This document shows, one piece after another, positions 57,823 through 64,000 of a DNA stretch of 64,000 nucleotides (the stretch's first letter is position 1; every line of letters begins with the position of its first letter). Under the pieces are notes generated by a model. That model made no database searches. It saw nothing but the letters and a program-made list of their open reading frames with translations, and was not told the origin of the DNA. Source of the DNA: a virus; the IMG/VR virus record IMGVR_UViG_3300028840_004184, positions 32,001 to 96,000 of that record; one strand, given 5' to 3'. The position numbers and the translations under genes are program-made.

Positions 57823-58209
57823 ATGTTTAACTTTCTAATTTATCTGTTGATTACATTTAGTTCTTTTATAATGCAAGATCCTGGGCCTGGTCCGCAGGTT
57901 TGTGTACTGGAGGGGTGTATTGATCTTGTCACTGTTGATTATGGTGATGGACTATACGGCCTTGAAGTCTATTCAAGGGGTAGTTCCAGCTTGAATCACG
58001 GGGTCTCTATGGAGATTTATTGGTATGTTTTTGACATGTTCGGGAAACTTGTGGGGCTTGGTCGTGATCTTATTCCGTATTGGTATGACGAGAGAGAATT
58101 AATCCCTTTGGTGGCTGGTCAACACGTATATATCGAACTAAGAGTGATTTGTTGGAAATGTAAGATCGATACGTGGGCTTATGCGGATACTAAGATACCT
58201 CCATTTTAA
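57823..58209 (+). CDS. exported beta-rich protein
   Basis: AAGGAG RBS, signal-like N-terminus. Confidence 0.55.
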   Translation: MFNFLIYLLITFSSFIMQDPGPGPQVCVLEGCIDLVTVDYGDGLYGLEVYSRGSSSLNHGVSMEIYWYVFDMFGKLVGLGRDLIPYWYDERELIPLVAGQHVYIELRVICWKCKIDTWAYADTKIPPF

Positions 58210-58274
58210 ACTCAGGTGGCGTTGGCCTTATATTGTATTGTTTTAAAGGCACAAAAAATTGTGCGTAGCACAAT

Positions 58275-58361
58275 GGCATCCTGGCGAAATGGCAGACGCG
58301 GTAGGTTCAAAACCTGCTACCACGTAGTGGTGTCCCGGTTCAAGTCCGGGGGGTGCCACCA
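58275..58361 (+). tRNA. tRNA-Leu(CAA)
   Basis: TTCAAAA loop, variable arm, CCA. Confidence 0.92.
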
Positions 58362-58399
58362 TATTCAGTTGCCGCAGGGCTTAGAAAAGGAAAGATAAC

Positions 58400-58555
58400 A
58401 TGAGTGAAGATGAAATAGTCGAATGTCCCGAGTGTGGTTTTCAGCAGCTAGATCCTGGTAAAGGAGTTGCTTGTGAAGAATGCGGACATTATCCCCTTGT
58501 TTCTCTTAAGGAGATCGAGAAGCAGGACAAAGAGTGGAGAAAAGGCAATGGCTAG
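58400..58555 (+). CDS. small zinc-ribbon protein (below ORF-track cutoff)
   Basis: MSEDEIVECPECG...CEECG; AAGGA RBS. Confidence 0.55.
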   Translation: MSEDEIVECPECGFQQLDPGKGVACEECGHYPLVSLKEIEKQDKEWRKGNG

Positions 58556-58745
58556 ATGTAATTATTGCAATTTTGTAAGTATTAGAGAAGAGCATAAGAA
58601 TAGTGATAAGACGGTGACTTTAACACCAGACAATCACGTATATGTACACCCTAAAGAGATTATTATTGCTGATTTGTCAAAGGAGGAAAGGGAAAAATAC
58701 TTTGTGGCCTGGTTTATGGAGTTGCCTAATTATTGTTGTTGCTAA
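58548..58745 (+). CDS. hypothetical protein
   Basis: GGAG RBS before ATG 58548. Confidence 0.55.
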   Translation: MARCNYCNFVSIREEHKNSDKTVTLTPDNHVYVHPKEIIIADLSKEEREKYFVAWFMELPNYCCC

Positions 58746-58746
58746 A

Positions 58747-58823
58747 GCGGGTGTAGTTTAGTCGAATAGAACACCTCGCTACGAACGAGGAGGTCGGGGG
58801 TTTAAGTCCTCCCACCCGCACCA
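58747..58823 (+). tRNA. tRNA-Arg(ACG)
   Basis: cloverleaf, A20, CCA. Confidence 0.9.
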
Positions 58824-58832
58824 TTGAAGCTC

Positions 58833-58930
58833 GATAAGAGATTGTCAGAGCCCGTTGTACAGGCTTGATTCGGTGGACGTGGTGACCGAATGACTATGAT
58901 ACAAGGAAGCAACCTTGCAGTTATCTTATC
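58833..58930 (+). ncRNA. unclassified ~100-nt four-way-junction RNA
   Basis: GATAAGAGATTG/CAGTTATCTTATC closing stem with three hairpins. Confidence 0.5.
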
Positions 58931-58951
58931 CATACAGCATTATTTTTATGT

Positions 58952-59036
58952 GGGAGAGTGGCGTAACTGGTAGCCGCGTATGGTTTAGGACCATATGTCG
59001 AAAGGCGTGCAGGTTCGAGTCCTGTCTCTCCTACCA
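58952..59036 (+). tRNA. tRNA-Leu(TAG)
   Basis: TTTAGGA loop, variable arm, CCA. Confidence 0.92.
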
Positions 59037-59078
59037 ACACTCATGCTTCGCTGGCGTGGGCCTTATTAGGGGTATATT

Positions 59079-59300
59079 ATGACCAGGAAAGAATTTAGTG
59101 AAGTGCTTCGTGATTTATCTCCCGTTGTTTACGATGGTATGTTGGCTGGGGGTATGTCGCTGCCTAAAATAGCACAGGCTGTTGCCCTGGACTGTTTTTT
59201 ATATAGGTCGGGAGAAGTAGACAGTATTATGCAGAGAACACTGCGTGGGTATTTACAAAACCTAGATAAGACTGGCGTCTTTGGATTTGATAAAGAATAG
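59079..59300 (+). CDS. hypothetical protein
   Basis: AGGGG RBS, fills gap between tRNAs. Confidence 0.55.
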   Translation: MTRKEFSEVLRDLSPVVYDGMLAGGMSLPKIAQAVALDCFLYRSGEVDSIMQRTLRGYLQNLDKTGVFGFDKE

Positions 59301-59301
59301 A

Positions 59302-59375
59302 GAGGCTATGGTGTAGTGGTAACACGTCAGGTTTTCAGCCTGAGGTCGAGAGTTCGATTCTCTCTAGCCTTACCA
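59302..59375 (+). tRNA. tRNA-Glu(TTC)
   Basis: cloverleaf, TTTTCAG loop, CCA. Confidence 0.9.
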
Positions 59376-59396
59376 ACTTAAGAAGAATATGATATA

Positions 59397-60011
59397 ATGA
59401 GAATTCCTGATATTTTGATAAAAGATCTTAATAGCCTAAGTCCAGGCAATCGTGTTTTGAGATTAAGGGGATTGTCGTCATATTATCGAAACCCAAGATA
59501 TTGTTTGTTTTGTAACAAAGTTATTAATGCTGTACCTGGAGTACGTCTTGCACGCACAAAGGCAAAAAAGTTTTGTAACCAAAGATGTGCTGCATTATAC
59601 AATAATAAGCGTAAGCTGTCTAATGAGTGTTTGTATTGTGGTAAATCAATATATAAGTATCGTAAATACTGTTCTCATAAGTGTGTTCAAGAGCATAAAT
59701 ATAGAACATATATCGGTAAATGGCTTAGCGGTAAAGTAAGTGGTATAAAAGGCAAGGACAGCATATCTAATTATATCAGACGTTGGTTAATTGATAAATA
59801 TAACAATCGATGCGTTAAGTGTGGATGGAGTGTAAAAAATAGATATACGAATAAAGTCCCTCTACAAATTAATCACATCGATGGTAATTGGAAAAACAAC
59901 AAGTCCGAGAATTTAGAGCTTGTATGTCCTAATTGTCATTCATTAACACCTAATTATGGTGGTAGAAATAAAGGAAAAGGACGACCATATAGGTATAAAA
60001 TGCGAGTATAA
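59397..60011 (+). CDS. HNH homing endonuclease (paralogue of 56535)
   Basis: CVKCGW...LQINHIDGN..NN..ENL.LVCPNCHS. Confidence 0.88.
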   Translation: MRIPDILIKDLNSLSPGNRVLRLRGLSSYYRNPRYCLFCNKVINAVPGVRLARTKAKKFCNQRCAALYNNKRKLSNECLYCGKSIYKYRKYCSHKCVQEHKYRTYIGKWLSGKVSGIKGKDSISNYIRRWLIDKYNNRCVKCGWSVKNRYTNKVPLQINHIDGNWKNNKSENLELVCPNCHSLTPNYGGRNKGKGRPYRYKMRV

Positions 60012-60075
60012 TTCAATGGTAGAAAGTCACCCTTCCAAGGTGGATATGCCGGTTCGAATCCGGCTACTCGCTCCA
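60002..60075 (+). tRNA. tRNA-Gly(TCC)
   Basis: GCG acceptor start, U73, CCA. Confidence 0.92.
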
Positions 60076-60116
60076 TACTGCTCAATCGCCGCAGGGCTTG
60101 CTTTTTAAGGAAGAAT

Positions 60117-60371
60117 ATGGTGGAAAATAAACCGAGTTATCTCTGGGTGTGTGATCAATGTCGTGAGAAAGATTGGGAAACCCTGACTATTGGCAGATTA
60201 ATTGATGACCGGGTGTGCAAGTGGTGTGGTAGGGGTGGCGTTAATACATCTGCTGTTTCGTTTGATAAACTTATTGGTACTCATGCTATGAATTATATTT
60301 CTAAGAGAAATGATATTGGGGGTGGTTCATGTGGCGAAGAAGAGAAAAGAGAGGGTAATAAAGCTGGCTAA
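60117..60371 (+). CDS. small zinc-finger protein
   Basis: CDQC...CKWC; AAGGA RBS. Confidence 0.5.
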   Translation: MVENKPSYLWVCDQCREKDWETLTIGRLIDDRVCKWCGRGGVNTSAVSFDKLIGTHAMNYISKRNDIGGGSCGEEEKREGNKAG

Positions 60372-60469
60372 GGAATTGTGGAAAGATAAGATAGAGCAAA
60401 TGTCTGACCAGGAATTTGTAAATTTCCTTAAGATGAATTCGCCATGTGAAAATAAAAGCAAAAAAGGAT

Positions 60470-60497
60470 TTGACATTCTCCGAAAATAGGATAAGCT
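60470..60497 (+). promoter_or_regulatory. sigma70-type promoter
   Basis: TTGACA-16-TAAGCT. Confidence 0.45.
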
Positions 60498-60525
60498 TGA
60501 CTAAAAACTCTTAGGGATTATCTGG

Positions 60526-60909
60526 ATGGAAATTAATGAACGTGTTGTAGGCATGTTAGAACAATCAGCACAAAAACTTAACATTACCGCAGAGCATCTT
60601 TGGGGTGCTCTTGTTGCCCAAGCTCCTATTCAGGGCTTAGTGAACTGTTGTTATCTTTTTTTGTTTTTAATATCATCTATCTTATGTCTTAGAATGGCTT
60701 TTAAGTTTAGCGTAAAGGGTCGATGGGGTCCTAACGATCCATGTACCAAAACCGAGGCCATCACTGTTATATATGGCATTTTATGTTGTATATCGGTTCT
60801 TTGGGGGCTGGTAATGATGTATCGCCTGCCCATGTCTATCGGTGCTATTGTTAATCCTGATTATTGGGCTCTCAATGAATTAGCCACAATACTTGGTGTA
60901 TCTAAATAA
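60526..60909 (+). CDS. two-TM membrane protein
   Basis: L.ITAEHLW..LV.QA, two TM helices, NPDYWAL. Confidence 0.65.
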   Translation: MEINERVVGMLEQSAQKLNITAEHLWGALVAQAPIQGLVNCCYLFLFLISSILCLRMAFKFSVKGRWGPNDPCTKTEAITVIYGILCCISVLWGLVMMYRLPMSIGAIVNPDYWALNELATILGVSK

Positions 60910-60920
60910 GGAGTGTATTC

Positions 60921-61676
60921 ATGAGAGGTGATTATGGTTCCATGGGATGTAATTTAGGTAAATCATCTGGGGCGGAACGATGGGTGTTTATTTGTCTTAT
61001 AGTCGCCGTCTGTCTTGTCACCGTAGTATCGGGTCTATGGAGTGCTTTTGCTGATGAACCCGTTATACGGCAGACGGGTGCTCCTCAAGATACAGAAGAA
61101 GAGACTGGTGGCTGTCCCGTTAGTATAGAAGTTAATGTTTATGAGGAAGATGGCAGTCTGTATTATTGGGTGAAGACAGCAGAAGGATGTGGCGAAACAG
61201 TTTTTGAAATTTCGTTTACATACTGTGTAAGTATTGGTGGAGTATTCTCTGTAACCCATAGGATATATGGAGATATAGAGGACTCTTTTTTAATCGACTC
61301 CGCTGATCTTAAGCTACTCACCATCGTAGGTAATGCGGTTGATGAGGAAAGACATCAAAGCGTTGATTATGATGTGTGGGTTTCTCCTTCTCATACGGAG
61401 AGCCTACTTAATATTGCCGTTAATGTATGGCATATGAAGTTCAGTGTTTTTTATTCTGCTGATATCACAAAGGACACATCACCAGCCAGGTTCAGTATAA
61501 GTATAACTACGGTATTAAAAGGTGGTGGTATAGCTACTTATTCATCGCCGATCCATCGTGATTGGCCGCATGTTCCCACTGATAACTATGTCGATTTGGC
61601 ATTGTCCAGTATAGTCGGCGAAGCCATAGACCAACAAGGACACCATAAACTCGACCATGATATGTGGAAGGAGTAA
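60921..61676 (+). CDS. membrane-anchored protein with two repeated beta domains
   Basis: TM helix; IVG.A.D...H...D.D.W occurs twice. Confidence 0.6.
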   Translation: MRGDYGSMGCNLGKSSGAERWVFICLIVAVCLVTVVSGLWSAFADEPVIRQTGAPQDTEEETGGCPVSIEVNVYEEDGSLYYWVKTAEGCGETVFEISFTYCVSIGGVFSVTHRIYGDIEDSFLIDSADLKLLTIVGNAVDEERHQSVDYDVWVSPSHTESLLNIAVNVWHMKFSVFYSADITKDTSPARFSISITTVLKGGGIATYSSPIHRDWPHVPTDNYVDLALSSIVGEAIDQQGHHKLDHDMWKE

Positions 61677-61683
61677 ATAAAAA

Positions 61684-62133
61684 ATGAGATGCGGAATGAA
61701 GCTTTTAACATCTTTGTGGATAGCATTTTCTTTGATGACATTGTGTGGATGCATTAGTCGAAACGAAGCCGAGGCTGTTGTCACCGCAGATATCGTTGCT
61801 ATTGAAAACAAAATTATAGATGGCGATTTGAATTTTGGTATTCTCGGTGGCCGTGGTTCGGTGAGTAATGATACCATTAAAATAGGCGTCAGATTTTATC
61901 TTGCCGATGAGTTATTTTTGCTTGATATTGATGCTTTACATGCCGAACTTGCACATTTTTGTAGTAATGAGAATAATAACAAAATACCTATTCGGGTTAG
62001 AGCAGTAACTTGTGATACCTGGGTGACAGACGAAGGAATTTTATATTTTCATTTGAATCATAGGCGGATATATTATAATCGTATCCCTATGGGGCGAGCA
62101 GACAAGTTTATTAATTACCTGAAGTACAAATAG
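61684..62133 (+). CDS. putative lipoprotein
   Basis: signal peptide with LCGC lipobox. Confidence 0.55.
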   Translation: MRCGMKLLTSLWIAFSLMTLCGCISRNEAEAVVTADIVAIENKIIDGDLNFGILGGRGSVSNDTIKIGVRFYLADELFLLDIDALHAELAHFCSNENNNKIPIRVRAVTCDTWVTDEGILYFHLNHRRIYYNRIPMGRADKFINYLKYK

Positions 62134-62404
62134 GGGGCGATGTTGAAGTACATTATCAACTTATTGTCAACTTATCCTAAATTTTATTGACAACTTCATG
62201 GGGCAAGTAAGCGACTATCATTATAGGGCTTGCCGCGAGTAAGCCCGTCTCATTATAGGGTCTCTTTGCCGCTATATTCTTCGGTTATGGAGCAGCCCCA
62301 CATGTCGAAGAACATTTACTCCTGTCGAAATGACAGGTTTTTCCTGCCAATTTGTCGAAACGCAAATACTACCTATTTTTTGCGTCAAAAAAATATTTTT
62401 CAAC

Positions 62405-62432
62405 TTGACAACACCATTTCGCGATGTATAAT
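62405..62432 (+). promoter_or_regulatory. consensus sigma70 promoter
   Basis: TTGACA-16-TATAAT. Confidence 0.75.
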
Positions 62433-62535
62433 AAGGTAACTTCGAAAGAAAAAGGAAGCTGAGTTTTCCTTACTCTTTTTAGGCAAAATAGTTATGTGAG
62501 TGTACCATTCTTTCATGGATTGTCAAGGAGTTTTT

Positions 62536-62700
62536 ATGAAAATCGCTGTCGAAGATCTTGAGATAGGTATGCAGGTCGGACCTTATGGCGAGGTATATGA
62601 CATAAGAATCTATGATACTTTCATAGTCGTAGAATTCATAAGAGATGATACAATACACGATGGGATTTATGGTAGATACCAGGAAATTATGTGGCTATGA
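62536..62700 (+). CDS. hypothetical protein
   Basis: AAGGAG RBS before ATG 62536. Confidence 0.55.
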   Translation: MKIAVEDLEIGMQVGPYGEVYDIRIYDTFIVVEFIRDDTIHDGIYGRYQEIMWL

Positions 62701-62730
62701 GTTATAGACAAATTCAAGGGGATTAAATTA

Positions 62731-63210
62731 ATGAATAATATGTGTCCTAAATGTGGTGGTGTTATGGAGCTAGGTTTTAACCAATACACTTGTTATCAGT
62801 GCGGAAAAGAACCGGTATATAACGAATATAATTTCGATGTAGGTTATAACCGTGATTTTAAAATTGGCGATAGGTGGTGTAATATTTTTAAGTCTGGTGG
62901 TACAAAGTATTTTAGAATAGCCACTAGCATTACAGTAGATGCTTCTACTTGCAACTGGTTTCCTTTGTGTCCAGATGAATTGAAGATATTTCTTTATACT
63001 ATTAAGTCTCCTTATAAAAATCATTTGCTTTCAGGCACGCAACACGCATTGTCAGGAAAGCATTTTGATATCACAATATATAACAGAGACCAATTAGTTA
63101 TAAAGGGTTCTACAACATCTGAGCAGATGGAAATCATTTTTAGTAAAAAAGATGCGGAAAAACTTGTATCTCTTGTGAAACAAGTGAAAAAATTATTTGA
63201 CTCTTGTTGA
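62731..63210 (+). CDS. hypothetical protein with N-terminal zinc ribbon
   Basis: CPKCGG.M...CYQCG. Confidence 0.55.
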   Translation: MNNMCPKCGGVMELGFNQYTCYQCGKEPVYNEYNFDVGYNRDFKIGDRWCNIFKSGGTKYFRIATSITVDASTCNWFPLCPDELKIFLYTIKSPYKNHLLSGTQHALSGKHFDITIYNRDQLVIKGSTTSEQMEIIFSKKDAEKLVSLVKQVKKLFDSC

Positions 63211-63225
63211 AAAATAAGCTATACT
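63197..63225 (+). promoter_or_regulatory. sigma70-type promoter
   Basis: TTGACT-17-TATACT. Confidence 0.65.
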
Positions 63226-63251
63226 TTAATCAACAAGGAAAGGATTAATCG

Positions 63252-63458
63252 ATGACTGAACATTGTACATGTTGTGGCCGTCCACTTAAAGAGAGTCGGA
63301 TAGTGTGGTTAGAACTTGACCAGAGGATTAATGAGTATCATGATGGCATTATTCCGGAGGAGTCATCACAGGGTGCGTTTCCGTTTGGAACTGATTGTGC
63401 AAGGAAAGCAATCGTCAGAGCCAATAATGCTCTTATCAAGCTAAAGAAAGGAACTTAA
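63252..63458 (+). CDS. small zinc-finger protein
   Basis: CTCCGRPL...FG.DCA. Confidence 0.6.
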   Translation: MTEHCTCCGRPLKESRIVWLELDQRINEYHDGIIPEESSQGAFPFGTDCARKAIVRANNALIKLKKGT

Positions 63459-63643
63459 CTCGGCGTGGCAGGTTGCTACCCGCTTGCGGGGAAAAACGGT
63501 TAAGCGTGATCAAAGCGAAAGAATCGAATCATAGGTTGCTGATCACTGATCTGCTGAGGGCTATAGTCCGTTGAGGCTTAATATGATGAGTGAATTTCGT
63601 TAAGGTTTAATTGAGCGGGTTCGAATCCCGCCGCCGATGTCCA
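63459..63643 (+). ncRNA. ~185-nt RNA with tRNA-like acceptor/T-arm and large internal domain
   Basis: TCGGCG/CGCCGA end pairing, GCGGG-TTCGAAT-CCCGC T-arm, CCA nearby. Confidence 0.6.
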
Positions 63644-63664
63644 AAATTAATCTTGTTTTTTCTC

Positions 63665-63692
63665 TTGACTCTTGGAAAAAAAGAGATATAAT
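63665..63692 (+). promoter_or_regulatory. sigma70-type promoter
   Basis: TTGACT-16-TATAAT. Confidence 0.7.
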
Positions 63693-63744
63693 TTAGTTGA
63701 TGTGAATAAAAGACAAGCAGGAATTTGTTGAGCGGAGCGAAACA

Positions 63745-64000
63745 ATGAATCTTAGGGAAGCTAGAGAGAGAACCCAGTATTTAATGAAGAGGCATGGCTT
63801 AGGGAATAACTGGTCTTTCAGGTGGTCTCGTGGCAGAAGGCTTCATGGGTATGCTCAATATAATGAGAGAACAAAAAGGGGACATATCGCGTTGTCAAGA
63901 TTTTTTGTGCAGCTTAATACATCTGACGAGATTGAAGATACTATTTTGCATGAAATAGCTCACGCTCTTGTCGGTGTCGGCAAGGGGCATAGTCCTGCCT
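63745..64000 (+). CDS. SprT-like zinc metallopeptidase (runs off window)
   Basis: own translation: MNLREA...IALS...DTILHEIAHAL...GH. Confidence 0.8.
   Translation, partial: MNLREARERTQYLMKRHGLGNNWSFRWSRGRRLHGYAQYNERTKRGHIALSRFFVQLNTSDEIEDTILHEIAHALVGVGKGHSPA

Larger units (their letters stand above)
50357..60100 (+). repeat. dispersed ~20-nt mini-hairpin motif YTCARNY-GSC-NNNN-GSC-TT (12 copies in this span)
   Basis: copies at 50357, 50990, 51363, 52244, 53734, 54392 (degenerate), 56052, 57582, 58211, 58364, 59046, 60081; two more at 40472 and 42741. Confidence 0.8.

Noticed and set aside
50991-58398. ORF-track entries overlapping tRNAs (50991-, 53681+, 57169+, 57423+, 58216+) and the many short antisense ORFs across the window
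   Set aside because: Shadow frames of RNA genes or of longer motif-bearing genes; no RBS or motifs
50357-60100. Dispersed repeat read as CRISPR array or integron attC cassette sites
   Set aside because: Spacing is irregular (150 to over 1500 nt), copies are degenerate, there are no RYYYAAC/GTTRRRY ends, and no cas or integrase gene is in the window
63459-63643. tmRNA call
   Set aside because: Too short, no G3:U70, no recognisable tag frame; kept only as an unclassified tRNA-like RNA

Overview
64-kb segment of a large, AT-rich dsDNA bacteriophage (standard genetic code, sigma70-type promoters, DnaE/SSB/class II RNR). Five blocks: (1) 1-23.5 kb, a glycan-synthesis locus (about ten glycosyltransferases, three methyltransferases, a sulfotransferase, GDP-fucose pathway fcl + intein-containing gmd) interleaved with dnaE and ssb; (2) 23.5-31 kb, recombination and nucleotide metabolism; (3) 31-37.6 kb, Ser-Gly-rich fibre-like virion genes; (4) 37.6-46 kb, minus-strand genes (RuvB, UDG, nucleotidyltransferase, DNA methyltransferase, HNH); (5) 46-64 kb, protease, RNA ligase and an array of 19 canonical tRNAs interspersed with small ORFs, HNH genes, several tRNA-like RNAs and structured ncRNAs. 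Best candidate for a new system: a ribosome-coupled attenuator at 50679-50985 in front of the tRNA array. Its 26-codon leader ORF samples the codon boxes of 16 of the 17 downstream tRNAs, and its stop codon abuts an antiterminator strand that competes with an intrinsic terminator. This would be a tRNA-pool sensor that switches on phage tRNAs when host translation stalls. Also notable: a 14-copy covarying mini-hairpin motif mostly right after tRNA CCA ends, compensatory remodelling of tRNA elbows, and a possible Ser-Gly virion glycosylation system. All calls come from reading the sequence by eye; no searches or folding programs were run.
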